Position numbers and translations under genes: made by a program
Shown here: one piece after another, positions 37,499 to 48,550 of the stretch
Numbering within the stretch: position 1 is the stretch's first letter
Layout: the number at the start of each line of letters is the position of its first letter
The notes under the pieces: generated by a model
Database searches by the model: none
What the model saw: only the letters and a program-made list of their open reading frames with translations
What the model was told of the DNA's origin: nothing
Assembly (NCBI GenBank): GCA_051942205.1
Contig: JAVECO010000054.1
Coordinates: 62,001-123,663, forward strand
Reading direction: 5' to 3'
Source: Coniocarpon cinnabarinum
Taxonomy: Eukaryota
Length of the DNA: 61,663 nt

Positions 37499-38964
37499 AT
37501 GACCTTAAATATCATAAACCATCAGAAAGAGTCGACAGTCATTCACTCAATCCGCGGGTGCCGGCTGCCCGGTAAAAATCAATCTGATACATATGATGTA
37601 GAAATCCAAAATGGGACTGTGACCAATGTTTGTCATGCGCAAGAATCGACGCATTGGCCTGTAGCCCAGTCTGGATTCCTCGAAGCTAACGGACGGCTGC
37701 TGGCACCGTCCTTTTGTCATGCACACGTGCATCTTGACAAATGTTTCATTTTGCAAGACCCGTCATTTGAGGACTACAGTATTAGTAAAGGCGACTTTCA
37801 AGAAGCCATGCAAGTCACTGGTACCGCGAAATCGCAGTTCAAGATGCCAGACCTCTTGAGACGAGGTCGAAGATTGATTCAAGAGAGCGTTGCCGCGGGC
37901 GTCACTGCAATGCGAGTTTTTGTCGAGGTAGATGAGGTCGTACGGGACATGTCCCTCAAAGCAGCTATTGCTTTGAAGAACGAGTATTCTAACCTATGTT
38001 ACTTGCAAATCTGTGCGTTTGCTCAATTGTCCTTGTTCCATGATGATAGCAGAGGGGAAGAGCGCAGAGCGTCTCTGCTCGCGGCTGCAGATTTGGAAGA
38101 CGTGGAAGTCATTGGCAGCACGCCTTATGTGGAGACAAGCCAAGAGCTGAGTCACACAAATGTACGATGGACGATTCAACAAGCGTTGCAGCGGCGGAAA
38201 CATGTGGATTTCCACCTCGATTATAGTCTGAATGGCGAAGCTCCAGCTATGACCAAGTTCGTTCTCGATACGTTGGTCCGGGGAAATTGGCCTCGTAGCA
38301 TAGTAGGTCTTGTCCCATGACGGAAGCCTCTTCTTTTTCTTGTTGACCTTTCCTATAGGAAGTGTCTCCTGGAGCGCGTCTTACGGTATGCCTGGGCCAC
38401 TGCACTCGACTTGCATTGATTTCAAGCCAGGAGTGGAAAGTCCTGCGAGATATCATAGATTCACAAAGTTTGCCCGTTTCATTTGTGGGACTCCCAACAT
38501 CCGACCTCTACATGATGGGCCGTCCCGACCATGCCCAAGACTTCATCCATGACCGGCCTCGAGGAACGCTCCAGATTCCTCATTTAATCGAAAATCTTAA
38601 CCTCAACTGTGCCATGTCAATAAATAACGTTGGGAATGCATTTACACCTTTCAGCAGCTGCGATCCCTTGCTCCTCGCAAGCATGTGCATGTTCGGATAC
38701 CAGGCTGCTACAACTCACCAATGTCAGCTTCTTTACGAAGCTGTCTCAACTCGAGCGAAAGGTGCGATAGGTTTGCCTTCAGCGAGACTGCAAACAGAAG
38801 TTGGAGATTTGGCCGATATAATTTTGTTTGGAGAGCCCCACCAGCATCGACAGCCGACAACCGTGACAGATCTGATTTACGACGTGGAGCCCACTAGAAC
38901 CGTAATTTGCAGAGGAAACATCGTAGCGCATCGCAAAAGTGAAGCCCTGATATGCGGCGTCTAA
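37499..38964 (+). CDS. Metal-dependent amidohydrolase, cytosine-deaminase (CodA)-like; 1 intron
   Basis: HAHVHLDK, GVTAMRVFVEVD, QICAFAQ, GSTPYVE, DFHLDY, LGHCTRL, LPTSDLYMMG, NNVGNAFTP. Confidence 0.88.
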
Positions 38965-39310
38965 AAAGACCCGCTGGAACTGAAACAGCTTGATGTCTGA
39001 AAGAATCTACCGCTGGAAATAATGGTGTCTCAGACGTAGCTATTCGTGGTCAGCGAGCTTCTATACAGTTGCAAATACCACACCAAAGTCCAGGGTCAAC
39101 AGAGTTTGACAAGATGCAACCAGTCATTCGAAAAGCGTGGGAGAAATTTGTCATTGAACCTAGCTTTACCAACCCGAATGTCGTTCGCCGCAGAGCCCAC
39201 CTGCGTGCGGCATCGCGCACAAGGGGGCCGCAAACTTGGGTAAGAACATCCGTTGAAATCCTTGTGGTGACTATCTACACACAAGTCTGCGCAGACTCGA
39301 GTGAAAATCT

Positions 39311-40279
39311 CTAAAGACTGATCTCTCCCTTCCAAGTACCTTCTGTCAAGCCCAGAGTCTGTATTAAATGTTGCCATCTCTCGCCACCGCGTTCCTTTCT
39401 TCGCAAGTATCGCAGCAGTTTCTGCCTTTTATGTACAAATAGCCGCAGGTTGCGTTTGTTCATTTTGTCTTTCCTGCCACGGCTTTGCAGAAATTGGGCA
39501 AGCGTCCGGATCTTCGCAGTTAATATGGCGATCTGCACTTCTGAAGATCCCGTGTCCGCTCCTGCTCGTTGAATGATATTCTGCGCTCCTTCTTGGGAGT
39601 GATCTGTTCCGTCCATTTCTGAGGGTGTCACGACTGGCTTTGGTCGAAGCGTGTTGTCAGTGTTGTGTCTGCCAAAGGTCTCGATGCATCTCTGAACATT
39701 GATCCGCATTCGATCTTGCGAATTTGCGTTGTCGACCGCCGTTATTCTTGTGAGCGCTTCTCGCGCAGCTGCTTGTTTCCGCCCATCATGAGCTTCGAAA
39801 GCATCCTGCTCCCTCGGGGCGCGCTTGAGAGATGTGTCTGTCGAAGGTGATTGGCTGAGCTCTTGTGAATGCGCGATTGAATCTTCAAGTCCTGGAGCAC
39901 TGACAAAATGGTTGAGATGCTCGGTAGTGGAAGAAGCGTGAATTGTGTTAGGTGTGAGGCGCGAACTTTGGGTTGGCGGATATGAATGAGGCGCAGACTC
40001 AGGGTGTAGAGGCAAAGCCGTGTCGAAAGATCTGAGGAAAGGGGTCTCGATGCCGTGGACAGGATCGCCCAGGGCTTTGCCACGCTCTTCTCGAAGGACT
40101 GCTTGTCTGGACTGATTTGCGGCTTTCCGGGCTTGCGCTTGTGCCAGCGCATATGGGTCGTTGTGCTTGCGCTGCCTTTGAGCAACAGTCGAGACGCTTC
40201 TTCGAGGACAATGGCCTATGGAGGAGGTGCTGATTTTGAGAGATTCGAGTAGGGTTGCAACAGATGTCCTGGAGGTCAT
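39311..40279 (-). CDS. MRPS28: Mitochondrial ribosomal protein uS15m
   Basis: DTGSSEVQIAILTAKI...DKMNKRNLRLFVHKRQKLLRYLRRK; C-terminus WKGEISL. Confidence 0.93.
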   Translation of the reverse strand: MTSRTSVATLLESLKISTSSIGHCPRRSVSTVAQRQRKHNDPYALAQAQARKAANQSRQAVLREERGKALGDPVHGIETPFLRSFDTALPLHPESAPHSYPPTQSSRLTPNTIHASSTTEHLNHFVSAPGLEDSIAHSQELSQSPSTDTSLKRAPREQDAFEAHDGRKQAAAREALTRITAVDNANSQDRMRINVQRCIETFGRHNTDNTLRPKPVVTPSEMDGTDHSQEGAQNIIQRAGADTGSSEVQIAILTAKIRTLAQFLQSRGRKDKMNKRNLRLFVHKRQKLLRYLRRKERGGERWQHLIQTLGLTEGTWKGEISL

Positions 40280-40574
40280 GATGGCACAACAGTGTGTGGC
40301 TCTAGAATAATTCGTATTACCTTCAACGGTTAACCCTCTGTGGGTATGCAGATTGATGTCGTTTGGAGCTGTAGAGAGTGGACCTTAGAGGTATCCATTA
40401 GGTCGGATATATACACTAACTCCAGATCCTCACAAGCACGGCAACTTCCGAAGATTTTCAACCCACGCACACACACACAAACTTCCATGCCGTGTACTTG
40501 CTCACAGCAAGGTACAGCTCCAGCAAACGTCTATTCTCTCCTTTTTGAACCTCGTCCAAGACGTAGCTGTCAAC

Positions 40575-41606
40575 ATGGCGCCTTCAAATCTTCCAGCTAT
40601 CTTCAATGCCACCTCGGCGGACATGGAGATGCTCCTGGCAGCTCAGGCGCATCTTGGTTCTAAGAACCTCCAGGTTCACATGGAGCCTTACCTCTGGAAA
40701 ACCAGACCCGATGGTGTCAATGTCATCAACCTGAGTAAAACCTGGTCAGTGGAAATTCTGACTGTGATGTATTGCTGCCACAGCTCGGCAGTCAACTGCT
40801 GCAGCAAACATGTCAATCGCCAAAGACTAATCGTTTGTACTGACTTTTTATGCGTCAGGGAAAAGCTCATACTTGCGGCCCGGACCATTGTCGCGATTGA
40901 CAATCCGGCTGATGTCGCTGTCATTTCTGCTCGTCCCTACGGTCAGCGCGCCGTGCTCAAGTTTGCTGCCCACACTGGCGCCTCAGCCATCGCTGGGCGT
41001 TTTACACCCGGCAATTTTACCAACTACATCACGCGCTCTTTCAAAGAACCTCGTTTGATTGTCGTCACCGACCCTCGCACCGATGCACAAGCTATCAAGG
41101 AAGCGTCATACGTCAATATTCCAGTCATCGGTCTCTGCGACACCGACTCGCCCACAGAATTTGTTGATATTGCCATTCCCACCAACAACAAGGGTCGACA
41201 CGCGATTGGCCTCATCTGGTGGATGCTTGCTCGCGAAGTCCTCCGTCTACGAGGCACACTCGCAGCTCGCGACACGCCTTGGGACGTGATGACTGATCTG
41301 TACTTCTACCGCGACCCTGAAGCGGAGGAAAACAAGGATAGCGCGGGAGTTGAGGAGGGCAAGGTTCCCGGCGCGGACGAAGTTGGCGCTGGAGCTGTTG
41401 AAAGTGGGTTCAACAACGAATGGGAAGTGAGCGGGGGTAATGCTGGTGCATTCGCCGCAGCAAGCGGCACTGCTGGTGCGCAAGCAGATGCCAGCTGGGA
41501 TGCAGAAGGACAAGACTGGGCAGCTGGTAGCCGGCCAGTGCAAACCGGCAACGAGGGCTGGAATGCGGAGGCTGCTCCTGCTCAGCCAGCTGAGAGTGGG
41601 TGGTGA
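40575..41606 (+). CDS. RPS0: 40S ribosomal protein uS2 (S0/SA); intron 40745-40858
   Basis: [68 protein letters not shown]. Confidence 0.98.
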   Translation: MAPSNLPAIFNATSADMEMLLAAQAHLGSKNLQVHMEPYLWKTRPDGVNVINLSKTWSVEILTVMYCCHSSAVNCCSKHVNRQRLIVCTDFLCVREKLILAARTIVAIDNPADVAVISARPYGQRAVLKFAAHTGASAIAGRFTPGNFTNYITRSFKEPRLIVVTDPRTDAQAIKEASYVNIPVIGLCDTDSPTEFVDIAIPTNNKGRHAIGLIWWMLAREVLRLRGTLAARDTPWDVMTDLYFYRDPEAEENKDSAGVEEGKVPGADEVGAGAVESGFNNEWEVSGGNAGAFAAASGTAGAQADASWDAEGQDWAAGSRPVQTGNEGWNAEAAPAQPAESGW

Positions 41607-42179
41607 GAAGCTTGTTTGCATACACGTAAGGCTCTTAGCGGTGGTGGACAGCGTCAAGATTTTCCGACGACGAGAGTAGGACAAGGATGAGAAAGAGAGC
41701 TCAAGACTAGCATCAGTCTCGAAACGGCTGCTGTGAAGGCAAAGCAAGTGGCACTCGATGAGGGAAAGAAGCCTGTTGAAAGAGCTTGTAGCTCAAATAG
41801 CAGGAGAAAGCCCTGTGTCGCGAGCGATCGGGAAGTGCGTAATTGTCTCCCGTCTTCGCAGTAGCTGAATCTATTGCCTACGGGTCTCTTGAAAACCCAT
41901 CTCCTTCGTCGCTATGTCTGCTTCAATACTAATGGCCCTCCCCGCCAGTCATCAATGCCAGGCTGGCTGTGAGCTTGTATGGACCCAACGATATCGATTT
42001 ATGGCCTACGAGCGACTTTGTGTCTCTCTGAATCACTTGAGCCCAGTTTCCTGCTCGACACCTGTGCTCTTATACAATGATTTCTCGTGATTTCAACCAT
42101 GTTGAAACGGCAGTGACGGCTCGCTCGTTGGCGCCCTTCGCTCTTTGGAGGCGCCTCTCACCTAGCAATAGTCTCAACC

Positions 42180-42949
42180 TCATCCGGCCGAAGACGCTTG
42201 AGCATGGTCGCTGCCAGTTTCATCACCCCAGCCGAACTTCTCAAACGCGTCTCCCAGTCTTTCAACCAATTGTGTCATTTCTGCTTCGCCCAACCTCGCC
42301 TCACCATCATCGATGATGCAATCCAACTCCTCAATCGTTCGTGGTCGCAGGTTGCATATCATTGCCTTTTCCTGCTTTGTGAGGTGCATTGACTTCGGCA
42401 ACGAGTCGAGAAGGGACACAATGGGTCGAATGTGCTCCGTTTCCTTGCGTGCATTGCCTGGATTGTGGGGTATAGGCGGTTGAGGTCTTTGTGTCGGGAG
42501 GGGTTCCTTTGCAAGTCCAGTGCGGTGGAAATGGTCATTGACCTGAATATATGTCAATCAGTGAGCCTTACTGTCTGCTCACGGCCAGATCGATCCCGGA
42601 AGACGCATGAGACTTGACGAGCGTGTGGTAGAATGCGTACGACTGCACATGTGGTTCGTCTTTGCGGAGTCGAGGAATCCTTTCGCGGATACGACAGTCG
42701 CCAGGGTTTCTTATGAAGAAAATGGACAATGCTCACCTCACTCAACACAGCGTGCAATCTCCTCAGTCTAGCTTTTTCATGGTCCCCATACTGTGGATTG
42801 AGGAGGCCCTGGGCATGAACGTCGCGGATGTGTGCCAACACTTCAGCATTTGTGAGATTCTTGGTCGATTCTTTTGTCTGTATTACCTGTGTCGAAAATT
42901 TTTAGACTAGGGTTTAATGAAAACTCTGAAGGGTATCACGGACTTTCAT
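42180..42949 (-). CDS. RPC17: RNA polymerase III subunit C17 (Rpb4-like family); 2 introns
   Basis: MK|VIQ...LTNAEVLAHI...LTKQEKAMICNLRPRTIEELDCIIDDGEARL. Confidence 0.8.
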
Positions 42950-43288
42950 GGTCAGGAATTTATCGACAACGTTTTAAGAGTTTAGTGCTGAGTTCAGCAA
43001 ATGAGACGTTTATGTAGAACCTTCAGTTCGAACGTTCATTCAAATCATGGCATGTCCATGAGTTCGCTTCGCGCTTCGAGGATCTTTCGATTCATGCCTG
43101 AGAAACTCCGGTCTTTGAGAACGTGATTCAGGCATGCCCTTCTGCAATACCTAGACAATTCAAAAGATCATGCCTAACTTAGCTGATCCAATAAGTTTAC
43201 TTTCATCCCTTAACTCCTCGCAATGCTATACAGACACAATTGATCAATGACGCTCCTGACCTTTGTATTCTCGAAGGAGAAGTCCATC

Positions 43289-45273
43289 TTAGGTATCGGA
43301 GTGCTTCTCCTTCTTTCGCTTTTTTCTCTCCAACTTGTCCTCCGACGTATCATCGTGCTTGCGCTTCTTCTTCTCGGCCTTTTCTGCCTTTCGCGCCGCT
43401 TTAGCTGCCTTTCTTTCTGCTTTGCTCCTTGAATCCTCTTCCGAGTCGGCTGCATTGTTCTCTGGCTCTGCAACATGTGCTAAAGCGACATCGTCCACCT
43501 GCTCTTGGGCCTTCGAAGCATGTTTTTCAGCCTTTCGCTTTGCTTTCTCGGCCTTGCGCGCGGCTTTCATTGCTCTCTCGGTCGTAATCCCGTCCTCCTA
43601 GTGAAGTGTTAGCTTGATGCGCAATGCATGTGCTGGTCAATTGGCAAGAGGTCTTGAACGCGTTGTATTTGTCCATCGATAGAATGTAGAATCATACACC
43701 AATAACATGGTTGCAAGTGACTTACCTGAGCTTCGTCGCGTGAGCGCTTCCTCCTCAACGTTTCTGCGTCACCCTTTGTCGCGTCGCTGATTGCAGTGTT
43801 GCCATCAACCTCCTCAATAAGTTGCTTACGCTCGCCATTCACTATAGCGGGCGCACCATTTGCCAGACCCTCAGCGTTGTGGTTATATTTTCTGACCTCG
43901 GCGACATTGAATTTGTCCGGTTGTACCTGATCTGTCGGAGCGATAGCCGCTCCAGCGCGAGGTCCCAGCGGCCTACCCTCCAAGGCACGAAGTCTTCTGT
44001 CAATCTTCAGCCTGTGAGCTCGCCCTACGGCTGTCTTGTCCTCTTCATTGGGCTCTTCGTTCTCATGCATTCCATTCGCGCCCCAGTCCGCCATTGAGTC
44101 AGTTCGAAGTCCCAGCGCTGCTTTGGCAGCCAGCATTCGCGCAATCTTCCCCTTGTTCTTTCCTGATGCCTGACCGACGACGGACGCATGATAAATGAGT
44201 CCATATTTTGGTGTGTCGTGCTTCGTCTTCAGCGCTCGAAACAGCGCCTTCTCCGCACCAAGAATTTGTATGGTACTCGCAGGACTCTTAGAGAGATTGA
44301 CGAGGCTGCCGGCATGCTTGATGAGTCGTGCGCCCACAAGTTCGCCCACTAATGTGGTCAAATTTGGAGCAATGGCTTTCATGCGCGTCGACAGAAATGT
44401 CGCAAGCTGCGTGCGATACTCTGAGAACTCCACCACTTGCGTCGCAAGAGAGCTAATGATGTCGAGATCCTCTTTGCTGATCTCGGTCCCCATTGACACC
44501 TCAGCTGCAGCTTTGACTGCTTGCTCGATATCTTCAGGCAAGATCTCAGCCAAGTCTGCAGATTGTGCATTTGATCTCACGCCCATCTTGAGGACGACTC
44601 GAGCAAAGGCGAGATTGTCGTTGAGAATTTTGCCAAGCTCAGGAAAATGCCAACCATACCATTCCCGGGTTCGCATTGAATATTGATTGACTTCTTTGTC
44701 TAGATCGTCTAATAGAGAGATCGCTTGTATGATCATAACGTCAACCTTATCGGCAGAGAATTTGAGTTTGTGTCGTGACAAGCTGTGGGAGAGACCTAGG
44801 GACATTTGCTTCGTGAACTCTGGCAGGAGCTGAGGAATCAAGGAAGGCATGTAAGTGCGGATGGCGCGGTGGAGCTCCTCGGTTGCGCTGCCGGTGATTG
44901 GACTGACGGACAGTTCAGGTAGTCGATTGATGTTGGATCCTGATTGTGTTTAGTAGATCTTCACGTCTGCAAGAGGTGCATGCGTACCAAGCTTAGGATC
45001 TGCAACGGCCAGAGATACTTTCTTTTCATCTTTGAGTTCATCAAGGAGGCTAGCTAGCTTTGGCGTCACCTTGCCTTCATTGATTGCCGCGGCTTCCTCT
45101 ACAGCTTGCTGAGCTCCTTCAAATGCGACAAATTTCTTCAGCTGTAACAGATTTGAGACACTCTCTACTGTATCAAGAAGGCTACTGATGTCTTCACGTG
45201 CTAATAGCTTCTTGTCGCTCGACCTATGGAGAGCGTAGCCGGCAGAAGTCTCTGTCAAGATCCAAAGCGTCAT
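43289..45273 (-). CDS. NOP58: Box C/D snoRNP protein Nop58; 2 introns; lysine-rich tail
   Basis: [83 protein letters not shown]. Confidence 0.97.
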
Positions 45274-45627
45274 GGTCGCCGTGGGCGTGTGCCACTGTTG
45301 CAAGGTGGATTCCCGTGGCGGTGACCGTAGATGATTGAGTGCTGAGTCTGCAAGATGCAGGCGCAGCTTTTGCGACAACCGCAGAGCTCTCTCAGTGCGG
45401 AGGTTGCTGACAATGGCTGCTTGGGAGCTATAAAATTTTGAGGTTCTTGAAGAGCTTTAGTGATTGAAATGTCGGAGGCCCGTGCTTGACGATCGCGTCC
45501 TGCTCAAACAGGTCAACCGTGGCCGCTTGAACTCTGTAAGCTGGCCGTCGATCTGCAAGACATCATTCTGCGTTATATTCAACGCTCCCCTGCTGCAGAT
45601 ACAGCTTACGAGTACCGCACGCCGAAC

Positions 45628-46897
45628 ATGGAAGGCCTCTTTTACAACGTCAATAATGGGTACGCGATGTCGCGAATATGGAGCATTTTGTTTCGGCTGA
45701 CGTGTCAAGGTACATCGAGGGCATTGTTCGAGGCTATCGCAACGCTCTGCTCACTCATCAGAGCTATGGGAATCTCACCCAATGCGAGACCGTAGATGGT
45801 ACGGCGTTCGGCAACTCATCGAGGGCGATCACAGCTAATGCTCGGAAGATGTCAAATTGCAGCTTGGGCCGGCCTACGGCGATTTCCTGGGAACACTGCC
45901 TCCAAACCCTTCCACATCCGCACTCGCAAACAAAACGACAGAAAAGCTAGTAACCGAGTTCCGATACCTGCAAGCACAAGCGACAGGCTCCTTAGCCAAG
46001 TTCATGGAATACTTGACATATGGCTATATGATCGACAACATCGCACTCCTCATCACGGGCACTCTGCATGAGCGAGATACTCGAGAATTGCTGGATCGAT
46101 GTCATCCTCTCGGCTGGTTCGAAACTATGCCCGTTTTGAGTGTGGCCACCAACATAGAAGAGCTCTATAACTCCGTCCTCATCGAGACTCCTCTTGCGCC
46201 CTATTTCAAAGGAAGCCTTAGTCATCAAGATCTCGACGAGTTGAACATTGAAATCGTTCGCAACACTCTCTACAAAAATTATCTTGAGGACTTCTATCAC
46301 TGGGTCAACTCTCATTCAGATGTCGCAGGCACGCCGACAGCCGAAGTGATGTCAGAAGTTCTGGAGTTTGAGGCCGATCGAAGAAGCATAAACATCACGC
46401 TCAATTCATTTGGCACGGAACTTTCAAAGGCCGAAAGAAGAAAGCTTTATCCCGGCTTCGGTCGGCTGCATCCTGAAGGTACTTTCATGTTGAGTCGAGC
46501 TGATGATGTCGAGGGTGTGCGAATCGCCGTGGACGGCGTTGCAGATTACCGGCTTATGTTTGATCAGACGGGGATGACGGGAAGCGGTGGCGGTGGCGGA
46601 GCAGGGAGTGTCGGTAATATGGCTGGTGGGGCGGGTGCCGAAGGCAAGAGCTTGGAGGATCTGTTCTATCAAAAAGAGATGGAGATTTCCAAGAATGCTT
46701 TTACGCGACAATTTACGCACGCCGTCGTCTACGCGTGGGTAAAGTTAAAAGAACAGGTAAATCACTGGGCTCGACTAGAAACTCCTCTGTACTCATGGCT
46801 GACTCTGCCTTAGGAAATTCGAAACGTCACATGGATTTCCGAGTGCATTGCACAAAACCAGAAAGAACGAATCGGCAACTACATCAGTGTCTTCTGA
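45628..46897 (+). CDS. VMA6: V-ATPase V0 subunit d; 3 introns (45660-45709, 45799-45848, ~46757-46813)
   Basis: MEGLFYNVNNG|YIEGIVRGYR, QCETVD|DVKLQL, YMIDNIALLITG, EFEADRR.INIT.NS, KEQ|EIRN.TWI.ECIAQ. Confidence 0.97.
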
Positions 46898-47260
46898 TGC
46901 AAGCATTTCGTCAGCCGTGTCTTTCACGTCCACAAACTGATTCATTACATAGCGTTTGGCGTTGGGTCGAATTAGGGGTACTCTGGCTGCGAACGCGATA
47001 TGAATGATATCATCTAGGTGGGTTTGCCTCGCCTGCTCTGTGCTCCAAATGCTCCGGCACCTGTCGACAGTAGTCTCTGCATGATCTTCTGCATACTTGT
47101 CACTTTTTGGCACCGCAGATGGAAGCGGCTGTTGGACGTTCGAGGATAGTATCACTCTTCAGAAACTTCTTCACTCTCCGTCACTACTGTTGTGACAAAA
47201 CATTCTGGGGATGTCATCCCTCGTGAGACATGGCATTTGCAAGCTCAGTGAGGCTACCGC

Positions 47261-47845
47261 TTAATCTCCTGTATTCAGCTCGAGATCAAGTTGCACGCCA
47301 CTACTGATTTCGTAGTCGTCTAGTGTGAGCTGATCTTTGAGCGCTCGCTCGCTCTGTCGTTTGAGCATGATTTCATGAGGTTTCCGCCCAATGTGCATGG
47401 CGACAAGCTTCTTGAAGTCTCCAATAGTGTCGGTGCCGAGACATGGGACCTCCTTCTTCGTGCCGAGTCGATCATTCACAGTCACGAGCATCATTGGGCC
47501 CGACGGAGCTTTGGGTGTGTTCTGTCTGTCTTTCTTGCGCTTCTTGTGCTTTTCGTGCTTGTTGGGCTTTTCAGACTTCGTCGAATCCTCCACCACATAG
47601 CTTTGGCCGGTCGAGGTGCTACTTGGCGCCTGAGGAACAGGCTTGACACTGGCGGCGGCGGCAGCACCGAATTTGCCGGCAATGTTCAGGGTGTCGGTCG
47701 AATGGTCTGCTGGCTCGGCCTGGGCTTCTCGTGACACAGAGCGCTCTCTCGGAGAGAGTTCAGATTCAAGTACTGACGGACCCTCTTTGCGCCGCTTGTG
47801 TGGTCGACCTTCATGCCCGGACTTTCGCTTGACCGAATTCGCCAT
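47261..47845 (-). CDS. HUB1: Hub1/UBL5-like ubiquitin-like protein with a basic, low-complexity N-terminal extension
   Basis: C-terminal domain VTVNDRLGTK...C...DTIGDFKKLVA..IG...LKDQLTLDDYEI. Confidence 0.88.
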   Translation of the reverse strand: MANSVKRKSGHEGRPHKRRKEGPSVLESELSPRERSVSREAQAEPADHSTDTLNIAGKFGAAAAASVKPVPQAPSSTSTGQSYVVEDSTKSEKPNKHEKHKKRKKDRQNTPKAPSGPMMLVTVNDRLGTKKEVPCLGTDTIGDFKKLVAMHIGRKPHEIMLKRQSERALKDQLTLDDYEISSGVQLDLELNTGD

Positions 47846-48550
47846 GTAGATTGATTGTTGGACGACTCGCACGTCTGTCAGAACAATAGTTCAGTGCTGT
47901 GGCTTCCATCACAACTACATGGGAAGAGGGCTTGCTGGGAGAAGACAATGAGTGCTTGGCATTGATCACGTGCTTTTGCCACGGTGCCTATCACTTGGGT
48001 TCCAAGTCCTTTCAAGGTAGCTTGGACTCTGTTGAGCACAGCGCCCAATGTACGAGAGGACGGCAATGTCTCGATCCTTGTTGCCGAGACTCATTCGCTA
48101 TCATCGAGACGATATACGAGACATCTGTCCGGCTTGCTGTGTCGTGCGTAGGCGCTTCGAAATACGTACAGTACCCACGGAACCTTCTTCAAAGCAGTGC
48201 ATGCTCGCCCCTCGATATGCCTGGCACCGGCATTCATTTCATATTGCAGCAAAGATGCAAGCAATTCCGGTTAGCATGCCCACGGCTGACCTATGTGCCA
48301 CCCTTGGGAGTTTCCCTTCATGGACGTGGATCTTAGTGTCGCAGATCAAGTGAACCTACCGCCACCTCCACATCACTCCACACTATGCTGGTTGTGAGGC
48401 CTCAAGCATTTTTCTCGCCCCATGGTAACAGTATGCAAATGTTTGAAAAGTTGCTGACATGAGTCGATTCTCTTCTCTGTTTTAAAAAGACAATATCGAG
48501 CTCGTGAGACAAAGGGCAGCTACTGTGAAACTGCTATCCAACGCACCGCA

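Noticed and set aside
41762..41788. GGGAAAGAAG-CCTGTTGA...GAGCTTG resembles LSU rRNA GGGAAAGAAGACCCTGTTGAGCTTG
   Set aside because: Short gapped match; uS2 binds the small subunit; probably chance
42543..42737. [D1,2] stwintron pattern G|GTGAGC...AG|TAAGG in RPC17
   Set aside because: The external intron would be only ~29 nt and the internal one lacks a branch point
43598..43725. 128-nt NOP58 intron as a possible box C/D snoRNA host
   Set aside because: No canonical RTGATGA/CTGA pair or rRNA-complementary guide seen
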